Shown: piece by piece, positions 1 through 9,615 of the stretch
How the letters are laid out: each line of letters starts with the position of its first letter
Numbering within the stretch: the stretch's first letter is position 1
IMG/VR virus record: IMGVR_UViG_2531839450_000010
Coordinates: 1-40,942 of that record
DNA length: 40,942 nucleotides
From: a virus
Lineage: Duplodnaviria > Heunggongvirae > Uroviricota > Caudoviricetes
Direction: 5' to 3' (one strand)
Made by a program: the position numbers and the translations under genes
Notes under the pieces: generated by a model
Seen by the model: the letters and a program-made list of their open reading frames with translations, nothing else
What the model was told of the DNA's origin: nothing
Databases searched by the model: none

Positions 1-1343
<1,343 letters not shown>

Positions 1344-1444
1344 TGTTTTGAAAACGGTCACTGACCGCTTTTGTCTCTATAGCAATGCTCGAAAAGGTCG
1401 CCAGAACGGGCGACAGTATGTATTAAGCGCGGTAAAGACCATGC

Positions 1445-2356
1445 TTGGAAAGCAAGGAAACTCAGGAAGGTTTACGCCTTGGTGAGCTTTTCGGCTATTA
1501 CGGTCACGGTCGCCGACAGCTGACTGGCAAACTGGAAGTACCAGAAACCAGCGTGATCATGGTGGAAGGTCGCCCGGTCGTAATCGACAATGTTCCGGCG
1601 TGTCGCACAGTGGCTATATCTGTTGACGACAACGGCATCGTTACCCATACACAGGAAATTCTTAACACAGAGCCGGGTAAAATTGTCGCCGCGATGATCG
1701 AAAGCCGAGCTGGTGGCTGGAGCTGGGCCACTGGCGGGCGCGAGTCCGGGAAAATCGCTGTAACCACCAGCTTCCATGGTGTGGATTATGTGACAACGCC
1801 GAACTATATCAGTCTGGATCATCCTGCCAGCGCCGGAATGTTTGAAAGCGCGGATTCTAAATCTCTACTGGCAGAGTCCCTGGCGGCGCATGGGTACTCC
1901 GACGAGTCAGTGCAGGCAGTTATATCCCATTACGGCAAAATGGCTGAACTGGAAATGATGGTGGAGGCGACAGAGCGTACGGCAGAACTGGAAACCGCAC
2001 TACTCGAAAGCCAGGGCCGCCACCTCGAAGCAATGGCCAAGATCGCAGATGCTGAAGCGCGAATCGCTTTGCTGGAGGAAACAGCGGGTATCCGCGACGA
2101 TGTGCTGGCAGCAATGCAAGACGAACTGGATAACCTCCCGATCTTCGTCTCCGCCGCCCAAAAAGACGCATTCCGCCTCAAAGAACCTGGTGATGCAAAA
2201 ATCGTTGCCACACTTTTCGAATCTCTGATCAAAGTTGGCGCACGCAACTTGCCTGTCACCAGGAAAATTAAGGAGGTTCCGCAAGCGGCTAACGTCCAGG
2301 CACCGCGTGAGACAAGCATCATCACGTTTAATAATTCAATCAATCCGTTCAAATAA
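1445..2356 (+). CDS. Head maturation protein, protease/scaffold-like
   Basis: 303-aa ORF with a central coiled-coil-like Ala/Glu/Leu-rich stretch, directly after the portal-like gene. Track start is TTG, so the true start is uncertain. Confidence 0.4.
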   Translation: MESKETQEGLRLGELFGYYGHGRRQLTGKLEVPETSVIMVEGRPVVIDNVPACRTVAISVDDNGIVTHTQEILNTEPGKIVAAMIESRAGGWSWATGGRESGKIAVTTSFHGVDYVTTPNYISLDHPASAGMFESADSKSLLAESLAAHGYSDESVQAVISHYGKMAELEMMVEATERTAELETALLESQGRHLEAMAKIADAEARIALLEETAGIRDDVLAAMQDELDNLPIFVSAAQKDAFRLKEPGDAKIVATLFESLIKVGARNLPVTRKIKEVPQAANVQAPRETSIITFNNSINPFK

Positions 2357-2369
2357 CCACCAAAAATAA

Positions 2370-2395
2370 CCCCGGCAGCTGCCGGGGTTCTCGTT
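2370..2395 (+). terminator. Rho-independent terminator-like hairpin after the head-maturation gene
   Basis: CCCCGGC-AGCT-GCCGGGG stem-loop followed by TTCTCGTT; the opposite strand has TTATTTTT after the stem, so it may act in both directions. Confidence 0.5.
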
Positions 2396-2403
2396 AACTA
2401 TTA

Positions 2404-2655
2404 TCACCTTCGCCTGCGTGCCATATATTTGCGCACCGCGCGGCCTGGACAATCTGAAGCTGTTTCTTTCTGCTGCATCAATCTCGCAGCCATGCTCAAA
2501 AATGTCAGGCACAGCCGAAGCCCGGCATACAATAGCGGTTCCAGTGGCCACGTCTCATTGAGCACATATACCGCCATGAAAATCGAGTCAAAAACTATCG
2601 CCGCCAGCGATAACTTCATTGTCGAAAGTCGGCGGAGCTGCCGGAGTTTATTCAT
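2404..2655 (-). CDS. Small membrane protein translationally coupled to the endolysin (possible lysis accessory)
   Basis: ATG at 2655 lies 2 nt after the lyz stop. 83 aa with a hydrophobic segment (LSLAAIVFDSIFMAVYVL) and an Arg-rich C-terminus. Confidence 0.35.
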   Translation of the reverse strand: MNKLRQLRRLSTMKLSLAAIVFDSIFMAVYVLNETWPLEPLLYAGLRLCLTFLSMAARLMQQKETASDCPGRAVRKYMARRRR

Positions 2656-3205
2656 TGACAAGCCCCGTCAGGCAAAGCTGGCGTTCTTTTTCACGGCGAA
2701 TCTTTAAACCTCGCAGGGGCACGCCGTTACTGTTCACGAAATCAGGGAGATGGTTACACATATTCACCCATTCCCCTTTCTGCGCCCACTTGTGGATGGA
2801 CGTTTCTACTCGCATGCCTCGCGCTTTGCTGTAGTAGGTCCGTAAGCTATTGCATCCCATATTGAATGCCGCGCTTGTCATTGCACTGAAGGCATTATCG
2901 GGCATGTCTTTGCCCCGGAAGTGCTGATTAATACAGCGTTCAGCGATCAGGATATTCTTTTCCCAATCAGCGGCGATTTGCTGGTCGGTTTTTCGCACAC
3001 CCGGCGTTACCCCGTGTGTATTACCGATCCCGTCAGTCCATACCCCCGCCGGGCACATGTATGGATCACGTCGGCAACCTTCAGCGTTACCAATCAGCTC
3101 AAGCCCCGCCTGGTTGGTTCGCACATTGCCATTACCCATCACGATGGTAATCATCACCGCGATTGCGCAAATTGCACCGCCTCCTGCGGCTGTTTTTCCC
3201 TTCAT
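2648..3205 (-). CDS. lyz: SAR endolysin (P1 Lyz-type lysozyme)
   Basis: From the internal Met the protein begins MKGKTAAGGGAICAIAVMITIVMGNGNVRT, matching the P1 Lyz signal-arrest-release domain, followed by a lysozyme fold with the Cys residues of the disulfide switch. 185 aa. The track ORF (2648..3304) starts at an upstream alternative codon. Confidence 0.9.
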   Translation of the reverse strand: MKGKTAAGGGAICAIAVMITIVMGNGNVRTNQAGLELIGNAEGCRRDPYMCPAGVWTDGIGNTHGVTPGVRKTDQQIAADWEKNILIAERCINQHFRGKDMPDNAFSAMTSAAFNMGCNSLRTYYSKARGMRVETSIHKWAQKGEWVNMCNHLPDFVNSNGVPLRGLKIRREKERQLCLTGLVNE

Positions 3206-3338
3206 AAAGACCTCATAAGCGAATTTTTTACGCTCCAGGACAAACACCCATTCACAGCCAATACCGACTGACTCGATCCCTTTAGAAGGCACAGGATAAT
3301 GCAAATCACTTGTTAGCTACGTTTCAAAGATATACATT

Positions 3339-3355
3339 ATTGCTCTAATTAATTT
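3339..3355 (+). promoter_or_regulatory. C1 repressor operator-like 17-mer upstream of ssb
   Basis: ATTGCTCTAATTAATTT versus the P1 C1 operator consensus ATTGCTCTAATAAATTT (one mismatch), about 20 bp upstream of the ssb start. Confidence 0.6.
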
Positions 3356-3374
3356 ATTTTATTAGGTAAGATAA

Positions 3375-3863
3375 GTGGCACAACGCGGTGTAAACAAAGT
3401 CATCCTGATTGGTACCCTGGGGCAAGACCCGGAGATCAGGTATATACCAAATGGCGGAGCGGTCGGAAGACTCAGCATCGCAACGAATGAATCATGGCGC
3501 GACAAGCAAACGGGCCAACAGAAAGAGCAAACAGAATGGCATAAAGTCGTTTTGTTCGGAAAACTTGCTGAAATTGCGAGTGAGTATTTACGAAAAGGTT
3601 CTCAGGTCTACATCGAAGGGAAACTTAAAACCCGTAAGTGGACAGATGACGCCGGTGTAGAACGTTACACGACGGAAATTATCGTCAGCCAGGGCGGCAC
3701 CATGCAAATGATCGGCGCTCGCCGCGACGATTCACAATTCTCAAATGGCTGGGGGCAGTCAAACCAACCTCAAAACCACCAGCAATACAGCGGTGGCAGT
3801 AAACCTCAGAGCAACGCCAATAGCGAACCTCCAATGGACTTTGAAGACGATATTCCATTTTGA
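3375..3863 (+). CDS. ssb: Single-stranded DNA-binding protein
   Basis: 162 aa with clear similarity to E. coli SSB across the OB fold ([19 protein letters not shown]...[30 protein letters not shown]) and the acidic tail [14 protein letters not shown] start. Confidence 0.9.
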   Translation: MAQRGVNKVILIGTLGQDPEIRYIPNGGAVGRLSIATNESWRDKQTGQQKEQTEWHKVVLFGKLAEIASEYLRKGSQVYIEGKLKTRKWTDDAGVERYTTEIIVSQGGTMQMIGARRDDSQFSNGWGQSNQPQNHQQYSGGSKPQSNANSEPPMDFEDDIPF

Positions 3864-3922
3864 GAGGGCTGAAAGTTGCTCGATTACTTAAAAATAACTT
3901 TACCTAATTGGTGTAAAAAAAT

Positions 3923-3940
3923 GGGCGCAACAAAGCGCCC
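3923..3940 (-). terminator. Terminator-like hairpin downstream of the porin gene
   Basis: GGGCGC-AACAAA-GCGCCC stem-loop followed on the minus strand by a T-run. A second strong hairpin (GAAGAGGCAAT/ATTGCCTCTTC) lies at about 3996..4021. Confidence 0.4.
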
Positions 3941-4096
3941 CAACAATAGAGTTTCAAATTAATAAAAAGGTAATAAATAACATGAAGTTAAATTGAGAAG
4001 AGGCAATTTTATTGCCTCTTCAAAGGTGGCATGAGGGTGCCACCTATATGCGGGCAGTGACATCACTCCCTTCCCGCATATTCTTACCTACCAAAA

Positions 4097-5209
4097 TTAG
4101 AATTGGTAGGTCATACCAACAGCAACGATGTTGTCGGTTGCAACCTCAGATCTTTTGGTAAATTCACTTTCATCAATCAGGTTGATCTTGTAGTCAACGA
4201 AAGCGGACATATTTTTGTTGAAGTAATAAGTCGCACCCAAGTCGATGTATTCAACCAGATCCTGGCTGCCGAACGCACCAATATTTTCACCGCGAGAGTG
4301 CAGATAAGCGATGGACGGACGCAGGCCGAAATCAAACTGGTATTGAGCAACAGCTTCAAAGTTTTTCGCCTTGTTCGCGATAAAGTCATCACCGAAGACA
4401 GTCATATTCTGAGTTTCAGAATAAGTTGCAGCCAGGTAAATGTTATTTGCGTCATATTTCAGGCCAGTAGCCCATACTTCAGCAGTTTTACCAGAAGCAT
4501 TCAGAGGATCCTTTTTAGCATAGGATACCTGCCCATCAGTACGATCAGATTTTGCATAGGTTGCACCAACGCCAAATCCTTCATAATCGTAAGTAGCAGA
4601 CAGACCAAAGCCATCACCATTAGATTCAACTACGTCACGGCCTTTCCAGTTGTTCACTTTTGCAGCACTATCATTTTTACCTTGATACTGCAAAGCAAAG
4701 TTCAGACCATCAACCAGGCCGAAGAAATCATTGTTACGGTAGGTGGCTACGCCAGTAGCACGCTGGGTCATAAATACATCGGTCTGAGTCCAGGTATCTC
4801 CACCAAACTCAGGCAGCACGTCAGTCCAAGCGCCAATATCATAAGCTACACCATAGTTGCGACCATAGTCGATTGAACCATAATCAGCAAAACGGAGGCC
4901 AGCAAATGCAAGACGAGTTTTATCTTTATCAGAGCCCTCAGATTCAGTACGGTTACCTTTAAATTCGTACTCCCACTGACCAAAACCGGTTAACTGGTCA
5001 TTAATCTGAGTTTCACCTTTGAATCCCAGACGAGCATAAGTCTTATCTCCGTCATCACTAGCTGAAGAAGAGAAGTAATGTTCTGCGTTAACTTTGCCGT
5101 ACAGATCCAGTTTATTACCGTCTTTGTTGTAGATTTCAGCTGCTTGCGCAGACATTGCCATCAGGACAGATGCTGCAACCGCAGAGAGTGCCACTGTGTA
5201 TTTTTTCAT
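4097..5209 (-). CDS. Outer-membrane porin, OmpC/OmpF family, closest to phage Lc / NmpC type
   Basis: 370 aa with signal peptide [24 protein letters not shown]-terminal [16 protein letters not shown] and C-terminal aromatic motif ending ...GMTYQF, closely resembling the NmpC/Lc porin sequence as I recall it. Confidence 0.9.
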   Translation of the reverse strand: MKKYTVALSAVAASVLMAMSAQAAEIYNKDGNKLDLYGKVNAEHYFSSSASDDGDKTYARLGFKGETQINDQLTGFGQWEYEFKGNRTESEGSDKDKTRLAFAGLRFADYGSIDYGRNYGVAYDIGAWTDVLPEFGGDTWTQTDVFMTQRATGVATYRNNDFFGLVDGLNFALQYQGKNDSAAKVNNWKGRDVVESNGDGFGLSATYDYEGFGVGATYAKSDRTDGQVSYAKKDPLNASGKTAEVWATGLKYDANNIYLAATYSETQNMTVFGDDFIANKAKNFEAVAQYQFDFGLRPSIAYLHSRGENIGAFGSQDLVEYIDLGATYYFNKNMSAFVDYKINLIDESEFTKRSEVATDNIVAVGMTYQF

Positions 5210-5948
5210 TTTTTTGCCCTTTAGATTGAACTTTTCAGTAGAAAAGAAGTCACTGCGGACAAATGTTTATCTTTTTTGGATTCGTGTTTCAAGTTTTGCA
5301 AATAAAAATCAAGGTATTTTTGTGATCAAAATCACAAATAATAGCCTTGAAAACCCAATGGACTATTAGAAAAAACTCAATTCACAGAATAAAAATTGAC
5401 AAAATAGATCAAAAAACAATCAAAAATAAGCACAAAAGACAAACAATTAAATTATCACAAAAATAATAACCGTCAAAAATAGATAGCCTGTTAATTAACA
5501 GGGCTTTAATGGATGTAGACTTGAAATCTACTTAAAAATTAGAATCAAATTAATTACTGCCGATTGGGTATTAAATTGAATCTATATTGTGAGAGTTAAA
5601 GACGATGTGTTTTAGTTATAAATGTTATTCCCTAAAATGGAGCGGTCTCATCGAATCCTGATTAATAACGAGCTAAGCTAATTCATTTTAGTATGTGTAT
5701 ATCTTTACCCTCTGAATATGCAATAAAGAAGAGATATTAAACAATATGTAGCTTCAGGATTGACTCTGGAAGAATTAAAAGATCGACTAAAGTGTTCAAT
5801 ATGTGGTGAGCGAAACGCAAAAATTAATTTTTTTGATCTAACATATTAGGTAACGGCTTGCTTCCATAACCTAAAGCAAGCCACTACGCGTTTACTTTAA
5901 GTACACAATTAACATATCAGAACAGATTATTTTTGCACAATCAGGGAG
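5210..5948. promoter_or_regulatory. Long AT-rich non-coding region upstream of the porin gene (probable promoter/regulatory region)
   Basis: About 740 bp with no ORF of 60 aa or more. Contains a perfect 16-bp palindrome CCTGTTAATTAACAGG (5487..5502) and a GTAGA/TCTAC inverted repeat (5515..5531). Confidence 0.5.
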
Positions 5949-6260
5949 TTAATATACGATCTGGTCTACATGATCACCAAAATCATCATCGTCGTCGTCA
6001 TCATCGCCACCATCTACTGCTGGCCAATCAACAAACCAGCCAGCGTAAAGATGCAGCGTTCGGAGAACATCACTTGCGGGAGCATCAAGGGTGTTAACGA
6101 ATCCCATATAGCTATTGGGATTTGCCCCAGCTATGGCTTCAGCGATCATGTCCTCGGTAATGTCACCGGAGATAATGCTTAAACGCCCGGAAACTTCTTC
6201 ATTATCATCAAATTCGATAATGGCATCTCCGCCTAATGGCGCTGCGATTTTAATCTGCAT
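5949..6260 (-). CDS. Small highly acidic protein with a poly-Asp tract, last gene of the dar-like operon
   Basis: 103 aa; ATG overlaps the end of the upstream 995-aa gene (translational coupling). Sequence ends ...VDGGDDDDDDDDFGDHVDQIVY. Confidence 0.6.
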   Translation of the reverse strand: MQIKIAAPLGGDAIIEFDDNEEVSGRLSIISGDITEDMIAEAIAGANPNSYMGFVNTLDAPASDVLRTLHLYAGWFVDWPAVDGGDDDDDDDDFGDHVDQIVY

Positions 6261-9237
6261 TATTTAGCTCCTTTGCCACACCTAATAACAGTTCCAGCAA
6301 TCCGTCACCATTCATCAGTGATGCGGCAGCGGCCTCTTTGTCATGATACAACTGAAGAGCCATAGAGAATACTTCCGTTGCTGACGTTTTGGAAATAGTC
6401 GGTGATTTCTGCCGAATTTTCCCGGTGTTACTTACTGAGGCTGGCGGGTATACCTTCGCCATATAAATATTACTCAATCGAGATCTGAAGCACCATTCAG
6501 GCTTGCCACGCCCACCGATATTAACGAAAGATGGCTTATCCCCTTCAACATTGGCCTTCAGGAATGACCGGGCTTTCTCTAACAAACCAGGGTTACTGTA
6601 CTCAAGATGATGACCCAGCTCGTGCCACAGTGCACTTGCATTTTCATCGTTCAAATTGACAGCAACAACACCATTAATATTTGCATATGCCCTTCCCTGG
6701 TGGTGAACCACCTTTGATAAGGTCGAAATTTTACCGCCGGTCAGGCGATAAATATCAGCAAGTTCCTTGCGCAGGTCTATCCCACCATTCTGTCCAGCGC
6801 GGGCTTCTTCCACTTCTTCCGTGATAAAAGAGTCGGCCCACTCAAGAGCTTTTTCTTCAGATACGGATGAGTTGGCGATCGCACTGTTCATGGCAGATAA
6901 CACTTTCTCGTGGACCGAACCCATACTTTGCTGATTCATTTGCCAGCGTGTCTGCGGGTTATATGAGAATCGCTTAAGTAGTTGGTCAAGATGCTCAAGT
7001 TCTTCTTCGCTGACATACTTTTTAGCCTCACCAATAATGCCGGGGAGAATATTGCCGTTAGGATTAAACGCTCGCGAAAGGAAGAGTTTCAGCGCCCCCA
7101 TGCCCTCCGATGCTTCAATATCACCAATAACACGGTTAACAATGGCCGCACTCTTCGGATTAGCATCCGCCAACGCTCTGGCTACGATTTGCAGGGACGA
7201 TACGACCTCACGCTGCATATCAGTCCTGATCTCATCAATAAACTCTGGCGTTATGCCGTGCTCTTTAAGGATATCCCTGCCTTCCGCCGTTACCCCATCG
7301 ATATCACCGACATGTTTATTAACCTGACTTTGCAATGCCTTAAATGCCCTCAGAATTCCACGGGCATCATCAGCTTTACTAACGGCCTTCCTGAATGCTG
7401 GCAAGAAGTCAGAGTTAACCTCATTTTGTTGATCGGCCCACTGAATGGAGGCTTCTTTCATCTCGTCCAGAGTCAAATCACCCAACGCGGTATGGTCTGT
7501 GAATATGAGCGACAACCTCTGAACCATTTCTGCCAATGGTGATGCCGAATGCGCCGCGCTAAGGAATGCTTTCACCCTGGTTGGGCGAATGGAAAACCAG
7601 TCAATAGCTGGTGGCATATCTCCGTTTTTTATCGCCTGCGCTATCTCGTCAAAGCCATCGCGCCCAAGGGAGGATGCGTGATTTAACAAGCCGCGAAGTA
7701 ACGAATTGCTGATACCGAATAATCGGCACCATTTTTTCACGTCGGCAACAGGCATTCGAACAAAATGCGCAAGCACTTGTACAAGCTGTTCATCCTGGGG
7801 ATCTGTGCGGGAAAGCAGCCTGATCAGATGAATAATGTCTTTGATGCCGGATGTCCGATGTAATAGCAAACTGGTATACGGAGCAACACCGTTGTAACTA
7901 CCGCCGGAAACGGACTCGAAAAGACCGCCGGATATCCCTTGCATGCCTTCGTTTTCCAGTTCCTGAGACACCTGGCGAAGGATATCCTGTAACGACACAT
8001 CGCCGCCGCCAAACATATCCCCCAGCGCCTGGCCCTGGTGCTGTAACTCATCATTGATACGTTGAGCCATCAACTTAAAGGCGGTGGCCATACGCTTCGC
8101 GCTACGGTTATTCGCGACGATGAACAACGCGAGTGCTTTCACTTCCGGGGCCATTTCGCTGAACATATCCCCCTGAGCAATAACATCGGTAATATGCTGG
8201 CCTGACTCCTTCGATTGCCTTACCAGGTCTACCGCATCTTTCAATGCCGCCAGCGCCTTTTTATCGAGGCTATCCGCTGTCTCAATGCCATCAACAATAG
8301 TTGTCACAGCCTGCTTGTGCGCTTCTCCTGATAAAGCCTGCATCTGGACAAAATCATTGGCTGCCGCATTAAGCGCCGTCAGAACATTACGCATATCCGG
8401 ATCAGGTTCTTCTGCAACCATCCTTACCAGGCGCGCATCCTTATATGCCTTGGCAAAGATCGCGTTTTGTATACGGTCAACAAGTTGCCGCGTTGGTCGC
8501 CCATCTTCCGTTACAAGGCCAGCCGCCTGTGTGGCACCAACTTGCGTCATAAATCCGCGAATAAACGCGTCATTACTGCGGCTAAGCAGATCTCCGCTTT
8601 CTGACGGGTTAAAAAGCGCCATCATCGCCGGTGTTATGCTGTCGGCATCAACAAAAGCCTTTTCACTGGCTGCCATTTCCTGAAGATCAGAAATATTTGA
8701 GTCCTTGGCAAACTGAACGCGGTCAACCTTGGTTAACCGGCGGCGCACCAGTACCGGAGCCGTCATTGATTCAACCTTTTCAGGTCGTATGCCGAATTCG
8801 GTCGCATGATCAATCAGGTACTCACGATACCGATCCGCATTGCCGTCCTGATAGGCTTTGATGATCCCCATGGTCCGTCCATTACCTGACTCAACGGCAT
8901 TGTCCTCACCAATTATCGGCGCACCATGGCTGGATAAACCGGAATCAGTAAGCTGAGCAGGCCGCAAATCTTTGGATATCTGGTTAACCTGAAGAAGGCT
9001 GGATGCGCGGGTCCGGTCGCGCGGCTGAAGTTCCTGGGGATAGTCAGGATTAATTTTCCCATCCAGAGTATTGGATACCAAAAGAGCTGAGGCATCGACG
9101 ATATCAAACGCTGTTTTTACCTCGTCTCCCTTCGCTGTCACCACATACGAAACCCGCCCATAATCGGGCAGGTTCTTTAGCAGCTCGATCAGCGTTTCTA
9201 TGCTGGTGGCCATTACCACCTGATCGCTTAAGCTCAT
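6250..9237 (-). CDS. ddrB: Large dar-operon protein (P1 DdrB-like)
   Basis: 995-aa ORF directly downstream of the DarA-like and DdrA-like genes in one operon. Name assigned from recalled P1 gene order; no motif verified. Confidence 0.45.
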   Translation of the reverse strand: MSLSDQVVMATSIETLIELLKNLPDYGRVSYVVTAKGDEVKTAFDIVDASALLVSNTLDGKINPDYPQELQPRDRTRASSLLQVNQISKDLRPAQLTDSGLSSHGAPIIGEDNAVESGNGRTMGIIKAYQDGNADRYREYLIDHATEFGIRPEKVESMTAPVLVRRRLTKVDRVQFAKDSNISDLQEMAASEKAFVDADSITPAMMALFNPSESGDLLSRSNDAFIRGFMTQVGATQAAGLVTEDGRPTRQLVDRIQNAIFAKAYKDARLVRMVAEEPDPDMRNVLTALNAAANDFVQMQALSGEAHKQAVTTIVDGIETADSLDKKALAALKDAVDLVRQSKESGQHITDVIAQGDMFSEMAPEVKALALFIVANNRSAKRMATAFKLMAQRINDELQHQGQALGDMFGGGDVSLQDILRQVSQELENEGMQGISGGLFESVSGGSYNGVAPYTSLLLHRTSGIKDIIHLIRLLSRTDPQDEQLVQVLAHFVRMPVADVKKWCRLFGISNSLLRGLLNHASSLGRDGFDEIAQAIKNGDMPPAIDWFSIRPTRVKAFLSAAHSASPLAEMVQRLSLIFTDHTALGDLTLDEMKEASIQWADQQNEVNSDFLPAFRKAVSKADDARGILRAFKALQSQVNKHVGDIDGVTAEGRDILKEHGITPEFIDEIRTDMQREVVSSLQIVARALADANPKSAAIVNRVIGDIEASEGMGALKLFLSRAFNPNGNILPGIIGEAKKYVSEEELEHLDQLLKRFSYNPQTRWQMNQQSMGSVHEKVLSAMNSAIANSSVSEEKALEWADSFITEEVEEARAGQNGGIDLRKELADIYRLTGGKISTLSKVVHHQGRAYANINGVVAVNLNDENASALWHELGHHLEYSNPGLLEKARSFLKANVEGDKPSFVNIGGRGKPEWCFRSRLSNIYMAKVYPPASVSNTGKIRQKSPTISKTSATEVFSMALQLYHDKEAAAASLMNGDGLLELLLGVAKELNNAD

Positions 9238-9249
9238 CCCTGTTACGCC

Positions 9250-9615
9250 TTATGCTGCCTCTTTAATGTTGGCGGCTATCCATGCCGCCGTGTGCTGTTT
9301 AACCTGGTCCAGGTCGATGTATGTGCCAACATATTGACTCAAATCCTGCAAGGTACCGATAAATGCATCGGTGCTCTGATCGACGAATTTATCAGCCAGG
9401 AAATCAGCAACCAGTTTTGGCACACCATCATGTACCGAAGGTTGTTTTTCCTCGCCACTACTGCCGCCGGACACACCGTACCCCATCTGTTGCATGATCT
9501 GGTCAATTTCATCGCTGATATCCAGCAACTCCATGCCACTCGCGGTAGCCGCTTTGGACATCAGAGCATCCAACTTATCGCTGAGATCCATTAACTCAAT
9601 AGCTGATAGTGTCAT
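9250..9615 (-). CDS. ddrA: Small dar-operon protein (P1 DdrA-like)
   Basis: 121 aa, overlaps the DarA-like stop by 4 nt. Assigned by position only. Confidence 0.4.
   Translation of the reverse strand: MTLSAIELMDLSDKLDALMSKAATASGMELLDISDEIDQIMQQMGYGVSGGSSGEEKQPSVHDGVPKLVADFLADKFVDQSTDAFIGTLQDLSQYVGTYIDLDQVKQHTAAWIAANIKEAA

Noticed and set aside
4103-4876. 257-aa plus-strand ORF inside the porin gene
   Set aside because: Entirely antisense to a well-supported porin CDS; Ile/Val/Ser-rich composition typical of the reverse frame of a coding region.
5210-5948. micF-like antisense RNA upstream of the porin, as at chromosomal ompC
   Set aside because: I could not find the characteristic micF sequence on either strand by eye; only a generic AT-rich region with palindromes.
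6982-7542. 186-aa and other plus-strand ORFs inside the 995-aa dar-operon gene
   Set aside because: Antisense to a long uninterrupted ORF in a tightly coupled operon; no RBS or motif.
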